From positions 5,136,640-5,200,639 of the forward strand of contig CAVNZM010000013.1 in the NCBI GenBank assembly GCA_963693365.1: a stretch of DNA of 64,000 nt, written 5' to 3'. A program made the translations under genes and the position numbers. The notes under the pieces are model-generated. The model searched no databases. It had not been told where the DNA came from and worked only from the letters and a program-made list of their open reading frames with translations. Source of the stretch: Amoebidium appalachense. Its lineage: Eukaryota; Protista; Ichthyosporea. Below, in pieces: positions 1-33,508 of the stretch. Every line of letters starts with the position of its first letter. Position 1 is the first letter of the stretch.

Positions 1-11
1 ATCCGTGTGCT

Positions 12-67
<56 letters not shown>

Positions 68-416
68 ATGATATATGATGTTTTATGATCATTCGATATG
101 CCTCCCCATTCCCCCCCCCCCCCCCCCCCTTATCCCCAGCCCCCACTATCCCTCCCCCCCCCCCCCCCCCTTCCCCCCCCCCGCCTCCCCGCGGAAATCC
201 TGCCAATTGATTGCAACATAATGACTCAGTGCACCAGAATCACCACACCTCCACTCAACCGAGTCACGTATGTGTATGACCCAGTGTCGTGTGCACACAC
301 AGGCCCCACACTTTTCAATCGCACTTGTCACCATCACATCCCAGCACTCCTCCCCCAACCACCACGCAACACAACACCCCCTCCCCTCCCCTCCCCTCTC
401 CCCTCCCCCCCCTCCC

Positions 417-469
<53 letters not shown>

Positions 470-1071
470 AAAAAAAAAAAAAGGAGGAGGAGAAGAAACA
501 AAAATAACCTGAAATGCAACGAGCAGCAGCAACCACTTTCTAGGGACTACTCTTTTTAGTTAAACGCAAAACCAGATTCCTCCCACACACACATTGACTG
601 CTGGCCAGACACTGAAAACGGCAGACGGCTGCAGGTTCCCTCTCCCCTCCCCTCCCCCCCCCCCCCCCTCCAACCCCCCCCCCCCCCCCCCCGGAAACAT
701 CTGTTGCAGGCACAGACACACAAACACATGCACACACACGGGTCACACACCCCTTTGCCTGCAGCGTAGGCTCACTTTACCGTGGCTTTGAATATCGGGA
801 TTTATTTCTAGAGGTTATTTTGTCGCCAAAAATCACACATATGTACAGATTACGGATGATATGTACAGAGGCCGTGTGTATTGCGAGCCTTTAACTAAGG
901 AAAGTGGTTGATTGAGAAAAGGCCTTGAATACTGATACATGAACGCCCTTCAGCCGATGCATAATCATAAAATTTCAACCTGATCTCAAAGTCTGCAAAG
1001 TTTAACTGAAACAAAACCAATTTTTTTGAACGGTTAGCTACACTACTAGTGCTGCCAAATTCTGCTACTTT

Positions 1072-1961
1072 TCATACTTGATAATCTGCCCGCGTGAAAG
1101 TATGACGGATAAAACTCGAACGTGAGCTACGTTGCAGCACTCTTTTAGATCCTTTGGAAAGGATGTCAAAACGAACTGGAAGTTGCAGCAGCGCTGAATT
1201 CACATGCCACCTTTCTACTTTCGACCGGCCCCTTACTAAACCACTACTACACACAATAACATTTGTAAAATCGATTGAGTAGCCAAATGAAACCATAACC
1301 GACGATAAATGTACTAGATCCCCAGCCTGGAGGTGGCATATGCTCCCTGTTTAACAGTAATATGTCGCTGATGCAACCACACTCTCCAGTTGAAACACTT
1401 ACTGTTGCAGAAACCTGCCATAACAAGAATCGGGTACAGTGTCACCGGGTAACTGGCCCAAGAGTGGGCCCCCAATATCAGTTAAAGGCACATCCACTAC
1501 TTGCACAGTTGACTCTTGAATGCCTCTTTCCGCGTACTTCTTGCTCTCATCAGGTCGACGTCGCAAAATTCGTAGACGCAAAACAATCGTCAAAAATGAG
1601 TAGCGTGGTAGTGTCTATCGACCGTTGCCGCCACAACCTGTGCCTGGAACTTCACCGCGTGTCTCTTCACCATGTCGACAAGTTGTTCGTCTGGCTCTTC
1701 ACCCACGCTCTTGTGTGCGCGCAGTTCTGGATTGTAAATGGCCGGGACCGCCCCAGGAACACCAAAAAGACCCTCCTCTGCAAGCATGAGCATTTCTTCT
1801 TCGGTTAGTGGTCGCGCCGTGACTTGAAGTGTGGGAAGGTGACGTGTGGCGGCGGATGCTACGCGGCTTGTGAGATCCGAAACGTCCGAGAAATAAGCGT
1901 TTGTTTTCAAGAAGCCAACCATGTCGCTGGTGGTGCGCATGTGGGTCATGGTGGATGCCAT
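1072..1961 (-). pseudogene. Probable degenerate intronless gene of unknown function
   Basis: Microsatellite-free coding-like block: ORF 1961-1590 (MASTMTHMRTTSDMVGFLK...), then after a shift at a T-run a frame reaching 1072 interrupted only by TGA codons; CCAAT-like motifs upstream at 2209-2279. Confidence 0.4.
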
Positions 1962-2643
1962 TTCAAATGTTTTGTGGTAGTTCTGTTACAAAACAGGATG
2001 CAAGCAGTGTGTGTGTGTGCGGGTTTCTGATGACAACGCTACTACGGAAATGCTAGGTACAACTTAAGCTTCGTGGGGACGTGAGTCGAGCGCTCAAACA
2101 TACAGGTTTTCCACACGCGCACGGTTGTGAAGTGCCGTCGATGTGCGTGTGTCACGGTTGTTTTGGGACGCGTTTTTACCCCTGCGTGTTTCGTACAGCG
2201 TCGATGTGATTGGCTGTTTTTCAGCCAATCAAGGCAAAGGTATCCAAATAAAGTCAAGAGTAAAATCGTTCAACCAATCAAAAACGTTGTTGTCAATCCA
2301 TAAAAGAAAGGGCGCCTGTATCGCCGCACTCCGTGCTCAATCATTTATGCAATTATAATATGTCGACAAGAACTTACGAGAGGGAGGTTGTCATAGGGCT
2401 GTGAAATGATATTACATGCATAGTCTATTGATGACGATAAATGGCCGTCCGCATTTAGAGTGCGAGCCCACAATTACATGCATTATAAACTTGCTCCGCG
2501 GTCGGGGTCGGATCTCGCGGCAGCTGCCGCATACGTGCACACGTGAGTTTCCCTCCGGAGTAGCAATGCCATGGCACCATCGTCGTCTGGCGGTGGGGAC
2601 CGTGCGTGCACCGTGATGGCACTGTGTACGTGGCAGCCCCCCC

Positions 2644-2685
<42 letters not shown>

Positions 2686-2812
2686 ACCACCACCACCCCC
2701 CGCCGCCGCCGGCCCCTTTGCCCCACTCAGTCGTATCCCACCATTCATATGATGCCGGGGTGGGTCGGTCATGATCATGATCGCGCCCTCCTCCCCCTCC
2801 CTCCCCCCCCCT

Positions 2813-2843
<31 letters not shown>

Positions 2844-2855
2844 TCCTCTACCGCC

Positions 2856-2886
<31 letters not shown>

Positions 2887-3908
2887 CTCCTCCTCCTCCT
2901 CCTCCCCCCCCCCCCCCCCCCCCAACACCCTCCCCCCGGCGGCCCTTCGCTTCCCCAGACACATTTTTTCATTTTCTTATTATTTTATCCCGTTTTGTTT
3001 CCGGTGTGACCCTCAGGCCCTCCAGAGGAACTACCGTCTTCCACCCAGCACCGACTGTACCCTAGGGTGCCACGGTGCCATCAGTTAACACTGTCACCAT
3101 TACCAATCCTAACTATTCGTACACACTTAGCCAAGGGTTTTCGTCCCAGCGCCGGCGTGTACATGTCCCAAACAGCTTTCCCTACGTTCATCTCTCCCGT
3201 TTAGATTCTTTGCACACCAACACTCAAATTCAGGCCCAATATACTTCATAGATAGGCTAGAAAAAATCAACCCTCCCCCTCCGTTCCCCCCTCCCTCCCA
3301 AGGCAAGGCTGGCACGGGCTTTGCCCATCATGCAAAGAGTATGCCGGCTTGGTACGTGTTCACAGCAGGCTGCAGGCTGCCTTGTGTTATCCCTCTGAAT
3401 ATACTTCGCATTCTGTATCCGTAGTACCTACCTGCCCACCCCCCCCCCCCCCCCCCCCGCCACCCCCTTCCTCCCCCCCCCCCCCCCCCCCCGCCCGCCC
3501 CCCCTCCCCTCCCCCCCAAGAAAAAAAAAAAAACATACACAGCCCCTCCCGTCTCCCACCGAGGTCTCTCCGGCCAGAGATAGTGGGAGTTTTGTGTGTG
3601 TGTGTGTGTGTAAGGTGTGTGTGCGTACGTGTGTACATGTGCCACGTGGTGTGTGTGCCGCCTTATAAAACAGTGTCTGCGTGCGGGGTTTTTTATTTTT
3701 TGTTTGTTTGTTTTTGTTTGTTTTCTTTTTGTTTTCTTCAAAGGTTTTTTGGGGGGATGGGGCTCGGAGGGGCATAATTTTTGGTTAAAACAACGGTATA
3801 GTGGTGCGGGACAGGATATGTGCTTATTCAGTGACACGTGTGTGTGTGTTTGGGTGTACGGTGTGTGTGACTGTGTGTGTGTGCGTGCGTGTGTGTGTGC
3901 ATATATGT

Positions 3909-3939
<31 letters not shown>

Positions 3940-4405
3940 GGGGCACACAAGGGTTTCTGCCGCAAGGGATTCCTCTTGCTCCTTGGTTACAATGTGGGTC
4001 ACAGTGTGTGAAAGTGCGGATCATGATACCAGGCCCTGTGCCGGTAATCATTATACAGTGCATACTATACGGGCGCCCCGCATGCATCGGAGCGGGTGAA
4101 GTTGTGCGTGTTGTGTGTTTGTGTGGGGCATGTGTGTGTACGTGTGCAAGACTTGATGACACCGTCTTTGTGCGGCGTGTGCGCGCACCATCATTAGTGT
4201 GCACGTGCATAGCCTAGAGTGATCTGTTGATGCCAAATGGTTTTCAAATCCATGGTGGCACTGCACTAACTTAGAAATTAATGTGCTCGTGCGTATAGTA
4301 TACAGTGACTTGCCCCAAGAAAGGGGAATGATGCGCTCTGATGCTTGTCTGCAGCGCCACATGATGGTGTGCCGAGTGATAATGTATATCAGTTAGCCAC
4401 CGGGT

Positions 4406-4440
<35 letters not shown>

Positions 4441-4441
4441 A

Positions 4442-4487
<46 letters not shown>

Positions 4488-4910
4488 GGGCGATGTCTAT
4501 TGAGCGAGTGAGCCAGATGAGAGGCTGAGGCTCGGCAAAAGGTTGGTAGACTACTAAATAAAACTTAGCGGGAGGTGGTAGGGCGGCTCTAAGGGGGAAG
4601 GAGGCAAGGGGGCAAGGGGGGGCGGGAGGGGGGTGATCGGGGGGGGGGGGGGGGGGGGGGGAGGTCACAGGGGGGGAAGGAGGGGGTGGGGGGAAGGGTT
4701 GGCACCGCCGAATGAGGTTTTATAAGAAGACATTGCATAATTGTAGTAAATGCCTTGGAGCTTCGTTTGCGGATGAAGACAGGGTTGGTTCAACTTGGAA
4801 AGGGAATTTCGATCATGAGCCGCTGAAAAAGGGACAGGGCAGTGGTGGGCTAGGTACTTTATCATACCGTGGTTAGCAGGATGCTGATGGGCACTATTGT
4901 GCATGTGGGT

Positions 4911-4951
<41 letters not shown>

Positions 4952-4972
4952 CGGTGTCTCTCTCTCTCTTCC

Positions 4973-5004
<32 letters not shown>

Positions 5005-5029
5005 TCTCTCTCTCTCTCTCTCTCACTAT

Positions 5030-5760
<731 letters not shown>

Positions 5761-5796
5761 GAGGCTCTAGAATCTAGGCTGTAGGGTTCATTATCT

Positions 5797-5832
<36 letters not shown>

Positions 5833-5897
5833 GCCCGCCCTGTCACCAGGTGGGAAAACTTTTGTTTGGGGGGGGGGGGGGGGGGGGGAGGGGGGAA

Positions 5898-5941
<44 letters not shown>

Positions 5942-6144
5942 TTAAGGGGGGATGCATTTTGTAGTACCTGCAGGCTTCGGTGCATTCACTTTGCATGACG
6001 TTTAACACTGGCTTGCTAAAGTGTGTTGGTTTTGAAATTCAAGCTGTTCCGTTTTGGTTTTGCGCATGCGCACCGTGGCATATGCACACACACACACACA
6101 AGGACCCACATCAACCCCCTCCCCCCCCCCCCCCCCCAAACACA

Positions 6145-6179
<35 letters not shown>

Positions 6180-7174
6180 ACAATCAGGTGCATACGCTCG
6201 CACATGTAACCAAGCGTTTACCAACACACGCGCACAGTCTCAGACTGACTTGTGGTAAACACACACACGACTCGGTTTGAGGTTCTTTCAACTTGTATGA
6301 AACTAAGAAAACTCAGGCTGTACTGCGCGCTTTGAATTGGTAGAAGCTAAATCTAGAAGCCATTAAGTGTTCATTGTCTGCCAGAAGTTTTTGTGCACGC
6401 CGGAACCGAGTCACTGTCAAGGCTTGTCCCAAAATCACAGCCCCCCCCGTTTATCTTAATTTTCCCCCAGCCTCGGCCGGTAGACTATAGAATCTTATTT
6501 TTTTCCAAGAAATCTAGACGCTAGAATCTTATAGGTGAATTAACTTATTTGTGAACCACCCATGTACATTAGATAAACGATACGGTACTTAGTAATTTAG
6601 CAGAAAGTTTACATACATTGCCAAATCAACGTAAGCATCTGAGCTAACCGTTATAACCTTAGTAACTGAGGAGTCAAGCTTGATCACCTGGAACGCAGGG
6701 TATATGTCGTACGGTAATCCCCCCCCCCCCCCCCCCCCCCTCCCCCTTCCCCCCCTGCCTCCCCTCCCCCGCGCACCCGCCTCCAGTCTGTCCAGTCACC
6801 CCGGCCCACCACGCACGCGCACACATGCACACACAAAGTTTCACCTGGCACACGCATGCACCTTACACGCACACGTGTACGAGTAGTACACAAACTTTGA
6901 CCAGCGAAGAGTACTTCAGATACTGCATGAACATGCAGATACACTCACCCATACCGTGGCCCATGCGGCATACATACAGATACGGACCGTTGACGAACAC
7001 GGCAGCACGGTGAGCACGATTGCCTTGCCCCTAATATTTCATTATTAGAAAATTTTTGTTGACCGTTACGTGTGTGTGTGTGTGTGCGCGCACGTGTGCA
7101 CGGTGTGTGTGTGTGTGTGTGTGTATGTACGTGTGTCACTGTGCGCGCGCGCGCGCGTGTGTGTGTGTCACACG

Positions 7175-7246
<72 letters not shown>

Positions 7247-7672
7247 TGTCGTGTGTGTGTGTTGCACGTCACGCACCACACGACTGGGACTGATTAGGAT
7301 AAGCACGTCGTGGTCACACACACACACACGAACACTGGACATAACAAACACCGACGTGTCACACACACATTCATCGCATACACACACACTACACGTACCG
7401 TGATGAGTCACACGCCGCCCATCAGAAGGTGCAAACCGTCCCACACTCACACGTCACCCACACGTCACCCACCCCATGACTCGTGACCCACTACACTGAC
7501 ACACACACGTGACACGAACACACACGCACACACGCATGCACACATTCACACACACAATGCTACCTGTGACACACAAACACATACGCACAATGATTCACGC
7601 ACACGCACACACCCACACCCACGTGCACACTGGCACACTATTGACACACACCGACGCTGGTGCACTGTGTGT

Positions 7673-7718
<46 letters not shown>

Positions 7719-9930
7719 CACGCACACACACACACACACAGACACACACACATGACGCACACGTGCACACACACACACACACACACCAACACACACACAC
7801 GCACACACACAGGGTATACACCGTGGCACACACTGACAGGCACTTTCGCACGTGTTTTGGCACACCTACACGTGCGCACCACTGGCTTCGTGGCGGATAG
7901 TAACTGAGCCATGCATGCCCACGAGGGGCTGCCAGACGAGCCTCGGCTCCCCGTGACACCGTTGTAGTTGTAAACCGTTTGCATCCCTGGCCAAGCGGAC
8001 ATATGTAAATGATGCAATGCCATGCGTGACGATTTTACCCGGGCTGAGGTCGGACTATAAAACGACTTTCTAAAACCGAGCACACAAAAAAAAGTGTGCG
8101 TGTTTAATGAATGACACGAAATAGGGTTACTATAGTCAGCCTGAGTAGTACTTTGCGTCGGACCGTCTTTCAAAAGCTGAGCTTCTCAGATGAATGTCGA
8201 CACTGAGCATCACAACATACGGTCGCGGTCTCGACCGGGCCCGCACTTTGCTCTCACATGTACAGGCCTATCCCCTATGTACACTGCCCGTGCACAAAAT
8301 ACGTGCATGCAGGCAGCACAGGCATCCCACATGCATCATGGAGGTTGCCCACATTCAAACTTGATACCTTTAACTCCACCTGTGCACGTGGTACAGTACG
8401 TACAATAGGAGGCTCGCGGACGCACCCATGAATGATTTGGAACTGCCAGGTTGGGCCGAGTGCGTGGTGACGGAGCCGCAGCGCGCAGGTTGAGAAATCG
8501 AGAGCGCGATACAGGGGGATTAGTTATCAACATTCCTTACCATATTGGGACTTTCAGTTATGCGAATTGGCAGAGCCGCCAGGTGCTGTAAACGGAATAA
8601 GATCCAGCAAGTGTAGGGACTATAAGACGTGACTCCAGATAGTCTAGGCCTTATATGAGCACCATTATCAGGTTGGCCTCAGGGCAGGTCTCTTTAGACA
8701 CACTGGAATAAGTGGCGAGCTGAGATACAACATGTATCGCGATAATCGGATCCGCCGCGGCGAGTGCGCACATGTACATGATCCATACGCAAGAGAAACA
8801 AACAAAACTGTTTAAAAAGCGTTTATAGGGCGATTATTGTGAATCTAAGAAAAAGAGCATTATTGATGTTTAGTGATATTATATTCGGTTTACTGATGAT
8901 GTTTTGCCGTAACACTATGATTGTGGGACATGCACACATACACTTACACGAACTTCGATATCCATGAGCAAGATGCTTGAAGCCAGCATTCAAGACACAG
9001 GCATCAGGTATACTGATCAGAAGCACGAGTTTATAATTTGAAAATATGTTTATATTTTTATTTTATGCCTTAGTTATTTAATGAATATGATTAGAAGCCA
9101 ATAGCATGTAGGCAGAAGGCTCGCAGCCTGCAAGTCTTTGGCCATTTCAATCTTAATGCTGGACGGCTGGTATGTAATTATAACTAACATTCCATAGCTA
9201 TAAGTTGTTCGAAGGACGTTTTTTTTTTCAATAAAAAAGAACTTTTGGATATTTACAAGGTTAAAATTCTGAATTTTGTTTCCTGCTCAATGCTGAACAA
9301 TTCTTTTACGGTTGCTCGCGTCATTTGTTTTTCGAACCGGCAGGAGCTGATATATTGCTTTTCTTCGTTGTCGCTTTTGCACTCCTCTAGGTAATCCAAT
9401 CAAATACAGCAAAACATTAAAAGTAGCTGCAAAATTCCATTGATTTTATGAGTTGGATTGGGTGAGGATGCTGGTGGGGGTGTTTAGTATTCAAATTACC
9501 TGCTCCCACTGAATTTTTTGAAGGTTCATCATGCAACAATTGTATTCTTGGCGCTGTTTATGAACCGCGGGTGTTACCATGTTTTTGATTATAAAACATG
9601 TATTGAAAGAAATTAATTAAAACCATTCCTACCATATTTTACTTAATTCTGATCCCTTTTTGTTTCAGGGGTTTCCCATATTTTGGGAACTCACTATTGA
9701 AATTTGATGGAAATATTTTTAAACACCCACCCGCGAGTGTACCAGGAACCAAACAACAACTAAACGTTCCTCATGTGGGCCTTCACAGTTCACAACGCGT
9801 TCGCTCGCCATGTGTTGTGTCCCACCCGTATTGTTTACCCCCCGTTAGTTTTCAAAGCCAGAGCGTCTAGCGCGGTTTGTGTGCTGGTTTTAAAGGGTAG
9901 GGGGTAGCCCTGTTCCACACTCCCCTGAAA

Positions 9931-27766
<17,836 letters not shown>

Positions 27767-27926
27767 GCCGCCCACATGCAACCGGTGGAATGGATTCCCG
27801 GAATTGAGATCTATTGAGCCTGCTGTTTTAATTATCATATACATATATAATGTAAAATGTCTGATGATGGTCGTGATCAAGTGTCTTAAATTGTGTACAA
27901 TCATATATTAGTCCCAGAGATAATCT

Positions 27927-27932
27927 AATAAA
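27927..27932 (+). terminator. Candidate polyadenylation signal AATAAA for the adhesin gene
   Basis: AATAAA ~160 nt after the predicted stop, in AT-rich sequence. Confidence 0.35.
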
Positions 27933-28177
27933 ATAGTGATGCGCTGGCCTTACTGCTGTGAATTAGCAGGTGCTAGCAGCACATAAAAGCAAATAGGCAA
28001 TATAGTTTTTAGCAGCAATGGACCATAAAGGCATGTTAGCTGGTAATTCTATGATTTATAATAAAAACAAACTACTCATACGTCTAAATCTCTTCATTGT
28101 TTCACCCGCCGTGCACGAGCCGCTGCATCTTGCCCGGCCGACGGCCGTATGCGTGGCATGATCATCACCGTCCCCCC

Positions 28178-28211
<34 letters not shown>

Positions 28212-28213
<2 letters not shown>

Positions 28214-28292
28214 ACTCTTTATGTATGGCTTGCATTCTGCATCGTGTTATCCGTTTGTTCTTGTGTACTTCGTACTTTTTGACGCATTCAAA
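28212..28292 (+). mobile_element. 80-bp 3' fragment of repeat A embedded in a poly-C tract
   Basis: ATACTCTTTATGTATGGCTTGCATTCTGCATCG...GACGCATTCAAA matches the A1 end; long C-runs on both sides. Confidence 0.85.
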
Positions 28293-28474
28293 CCCCCCCC
28301 CCCCCCCCCCCCCCCCGCCTTAAACACACACGCACAACCTTACATAAGCCCTAAATGTAAATCAGGTGACGCCAACACCGGGTGATGCCCCACCTGTTGA
28401 GTCTCGTGCCTGCACACTCGTTTGGTTGCTTGTCACTTACACGTTTCCACGTTACCGTTGAAAGACCATTTTGA

Positions 28475-28515
<41 letters not shown>

Positions 28516-29046
28516 AAACACACACACACACCTACCCACCCACCCAGAGAAGGGCGGAGAGGATGCGGAAGGGGGGTAAATTGGGTGGGTACGTGTGTGT
28601 GGGGGGAGGGAGGGAGGGGGGGTGGGGGGGTGGGGGTGGGGGGGGGGGGGACCGTTGGCGGGAGGCCTAACAGCGCAGCGGGGAGCTCTAGAGGGGGGCT
28701 GGGGGGCATCGTAGGCACGGGGTTAATTATTGGTGATGATTGGCATACACGTGCGCTCTGTAGAATGCATACGGCATAGACACAACAATTAGATATGGTT
28801 TAATATTACTAAGTAAGACGATGCAACAGGCGTCAGCATCGACCAAAAACACTCTGTCGTGCGCAATCACCAGCGTAACAGACTACAGGATAACAGAAGC
28901 CGAACCGTCGACACTGCTATAGGTGAGACGATAGCTCCATCAGGCTGTTGTTATACTGTAGTTGCTTTCGGTGACGGTGTCGAAACAACACTCTGTATGT
29001 ACAGGTGGACCCCACGAAACATTGTGTCGGCGCATGCACGCACAAA

Positions 29047-29111
<65 letters not shown>

Positions 29112-29316
29112 GAGTCCACATGTCAAGACACGCTCATGGTTCTTAAAGGATTCCAGCGAGACTTCTCGATAAGAAACCTATGGGTGGGTGGTTGGGTGGG
29201 TGCACCGTGGCTGGTTGGGTTGGTTGGTTGGGCCCGCGCGGGAGATGGGGGGGGGGGGGGTGAGGGGAGGGGGGTGTTGAGGCTATCGAGATCTGCCGTT
29301 GATTAAACCGAAACAC

Positions 29317-30109
29317 GGATGGTCCCAATTGCAATACCTGCAAGAGGATCCCATCTCGCGCTGAAATTCAATAAGCACATAAGCCGCTTAAAGAATTAGT
29401 TGCCCTCCCACCCTCTCTTCTCTATCCGACCTGCCCCCCTCCCCACCTCTCCCCTCTTTCCTTCCCTCTCTCTCTCCTTCTTCCCCGGGCACAACTTGGC
29501 AAATAAACCCCGCAAAAGTGTGCGCACGCGTGTGACTTTGGACTGCCACTTACTTATTGGACATGTACATAATCACAAAATAATTACACAATGTAACAAA
29601 TGGAAAAAGATACCACACGACACTAGACCCGATGAAAGCAGACACCTTGAAAAACTAAGCCTTATGTCTCGTTATATATATAAAGACCGCCCTAACTATA
29701 TTGCCAAATATGGCACTCGCAAATGTGTAACACCTAAATACATATTACCTTCCTGTAGAATTGGTCTTTCTCTAGCTATAGCTGATGGTATCATTGACCA
29801 CTTACCACGCTTCAAAGTACTGTACACGTGCTACACAGTACTACTAATAAGTATAAGGTACAGGTGGCATCGTTTGCATGCCCAAACAACACACACACAC
29901 CAGTTTAAACGGTCATGTATTGCCAAATGTAGTTTGATAGACCACATAATACCGCAGCATACACACGATACATTCACAACAGGCACCCAGAAAGATAGCC
30001 TACCTGAAAATTACAATATCCTTGATTTTATACTAAACACACGTAACTATGACCTGTTTATCAGATGTATTGATTGGCTTGAGAAACACATCATTACAAA
30101 ATTCTAGCG

Positions 30110-30201
<92 letters not shown>

Positions 30202-30236
30202 AGCTGATACCGAGTGTCCCAGGGGAGCCCGAATAT

Positions 30237-30267
<31 letters not shown>

Positions 30268-30396
30268 TATATATAAAAACGAGGAACCCAACTAATTTAT
30301 TTTTCTTAGTCTTTATAATGCCTCGTAGAAAACGTAAACCCTGATATATAATCATCACCCGACATCTATGTACTTGATCATGATATACCGCTGAGG
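29317..30396 (+). mobile_element. Older diverged LINE-like copy (3' part), opposite orientation
   Basis: ORF 29400-30107 is homologous to the RT C-terminus (HPLFSIRP...YNILDFILNTRNYDLFIRCIDWLEKHI) with indels; followed by the same (CA)n, A-tract and most of the terminal segment. Confidence 0.88.
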
Positions 30397-31135
30397 CAAT
30401 AATCGGAAAATGTGCTAAAAGACGGGACTCGATAGGTGGGTGAGAAGGGCAGCAGAGAAGGAGGCAAGTGTGGCTGTCGGAACAACAGGAAACACAATAC
30501 AGTGCCCCACACAGCTACGGCACCAAGGGTGTGAACCTCGTGCACCAGGGCACCACTGTCTAGGAAACATCAGAAACCGATTACCACGCCATTGAAGGAG
30601 CCTTGTGCTAATAAACCTCTAGAAAACCCCACTGTGCTATCTGCTAAGGGCTGTTTTCACTCGTGGCCTGCACGTGGCCTGTGGAGCAAACACACTGCAT
30701 CAAAGGTTTGTGTATGCGGGTGCATGCGTTGAATGGTTGAATGTGGTAGCGATGCATGCTTTGCGTTGTGCGTGTAAAAAATGTGTACGAACATGCGTGT
30801 GTGTGGGAGGGGAGTGTGGTGGAGTTGGGATGAGGGGGGAGTGTGGTGCAGTAAAATCTAAAGTCACTAAGGAAAGAAATTCTGAAGGAGTTGGGGGAAA
30901 AGTGGAGGTCAGGGGATGTGGGAGTGAAAATTGGTGGCGGAATAGCGGGTGTTTGGGTGCATCATGGTGTTGCCGACGTCACAATGTGGATGTGAACGGT
31001 TGTGTGGGTTGTGGCCATGGGAGGGCAAAGATGCAATTAAATAAACAATGGCGGAAAGGAGCACCACTATGAACTGACTAAGAACCTGCAAACCTCACCC
31101 TCAATATGTGCCGTGAACTGGAAAGAAACCAAGGC

Positions 31136-31353
31136 GGGGTTTACGCTGTTTACTCGAGGCAAAGAGAGACCAGTCTCAGGTATGTGGGGTTTTTGCTCGG
31201 AATATCCCCTCAGCGGTATATCATGATCACGTACATAGATGTCAGGTGATGATTATATATCAGGGTTTACTTTCTCTTCGAGACACCATTAAGACTAAGA
31301 GAAATCAATTAGTTGGGGTTCCCCGTTTTTTTTTTTTTTTTTTTTTTTTTTTT
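31136..31353 (-). mobile_element. Short 3'-terminal fragment of the same LINE
   Basis: GGGGTTTACGCTGTTTACTCGAGGCAAAGAG...GGGGTTCCCCG(T)n matches 31667-31905 with substitutions. Confidence 0.85.
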
Positions 31354-31666
31354 TCCCCAAGGCCTTTTAGGAGGCCATTAAAGAAACACGAATAAAGATG
31401 GCCGTTCGTGGTCATGACCACAGTCAGCAGTCGACGTCGGCCCCTGCAGCTGGGCCCTGGCCCCCCCGGGGAGGCTTTCCCGCCAAATTTGTGATTTGCG
31501 TAAATATGATTTTTTAGCTACGCCCGTGACCACAGGTGGACAGCTGACCGTGGCCAGTGCATCATGACGAATATTGATTGGGTTAACGACTATGTCGTCA
31601 TTTCTCGATCGTGATGTAATAGTTTTACCATGTCCGGACTTCCTAAAACAAGTTACATATATATAT

Positions 31667-31864
31667 GGGGGGTTTACGCTGTTTACTCGAGGCAAAGAGA
31701 ACCAGTCTCAGGTATGGGGGGGGGGGGGTTTGCTCGGAATATCCCCTCAGCGGTATATCATGATCACGTACATAGATGTCGGGTGGTGACTATATATCAG
31801 GGTTTACTTTCTCTACGAGACACCATAAAGACTACAAGGAGAAATCAATTAGTTGGGGTTCCCC

Positions 31865-31910
<46 letters not shown>

Positions 31911-31942
31911 GGGCTCCCCTCGGGACACTCGGTATCAGCTGG

Positions 31943-31981
<39 letters not shown>

Positions 31982-33175
31982 TGTGTGTGTGTGCGCGTGC
32001 GCTATAATTTTGTAGTGATGTGTTTCTCAAGCCAATCAATACATCTAATAAACAGGTCGTAGTTACGCGTGTTTAGTATAAAATCAAGGATGTTGTAATT
32101 TACAGGTAGGCTATCTTTCTGGGTGTCTGTTGTGAATGTGACGTGTGTGTGTTGCGGTATTATGTGGTCTATCAAACTACATTTGGCGATACATGACCGG
32201 TTAAACTGGTGTGTGTGTGTGTTGTTTGGGCATGCAAATGATGCCACCTTATACTTATTAGATCTCCACTGTATAGCACGTGTACAGTAAAAGCGTGGTA
32301 ATTGATCAATAATACCATCAGCTAGAGAAAGACCAGTTCTACAGGAAGGTAATATGTATTTAGGTGTTATACACTTGCGAGTGCCATATTTGGCAATATG
32401 GTTGAGGCGGTCAGTATATATAAAACGAGACATAAGGCTTAGTTTTTCAAGGTGTATGCTTTCATCGGGTCTAGTGTCGTGTGGTATCTTTTTCCATTTG
32501 TTATATTGCGTGATTATCTTGTGATTGTGTACATGTTTAATAAGTAAGTGGCAGTCCAAAGTCACACACACACTATTGCGGGGTTTATTTGTATTTGTGC
32601 CCAGGGGAGAAGGGGAGAGAGAGGGGAGGAAAGAGGGGAGAGGTGAGGAGGGGACAGGTCGGATAGAGAAGAGAGGGTGGGAGGGCAAATACTTCTTTAA
32701 GCGGCTTATGTGCTTATTGAATTTCAGCGCGAGATAGGATACTCTAGCAGCTATTGGGACCAGACCATATATCGAGAGCGTTACAGGCCCAGGTTTACAA
32801 CAGTTGTTAGATAGAAAGGAGGCAACTTCTGCTTCAAGGAAATTTGCCAAGGGTTTAAGCGCTCTAGTTCTCTCTTTCTTGATCCAAGCGGCGAGAAGGG
32901 GTAAACCATATTCACATGCCGGGAAGACAAAAGTGCGAATAAATGTAAGTCTAATAGAAGGATGGAGGGGTGTGTCTTTAAAAATATTAGCCGAGAAGAA
33001 AGCTAACCGCTTACGAGCCAACTCTACCCTCTTTTCGACCATATGGGGAAACATAACACCAACAGAATCAACCGGAACACCAAGATATTTGTATTCTGGA
33101 ACTATAGGTACAGGTTTAGATGATAATGTAAATGTGTGTAAATTGTTAGCTATATCAGGTACAAGAACACCACAT
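31667..33175 (-). mobile_element. LINE-like element copy 1 (5'-truncated, ~1.5 kb), head-to-tail with copy 2
   Basis: Near-identical to 33180-34702; encodes the C-terminal 350 aa (ORF 32002-33054); joined to the copy 2 tail at ACAT microhomology. Confidence 0.9.
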
Positions 33176-33179
33176 ATAT

Positions 33180-33375
33180 GGGGGGTTTACGCTGTTTACT
33201 CGAGGCAAAGAGAACCAGTCTCAGGTATGGGGGGGGGGGTTTGCTCGGAATATCCCCTCAGCGGTATATCATGATCACGTACATAGATGTCGGGTGGTGA
33301 CTATATATCAGGGTTTACTTTCTCTACGAGACACCATAAAGACTACAAGGAGAAATCAATTAGTTGGGGTTCCCC

Positions 33376-33417
<42 letters not shown>

Positions 33418-33449
33418 GGGCTCCCCTCGGGACACTCGGTATCAGCTGG

Positions 33450-33508
<59 letters not shown>

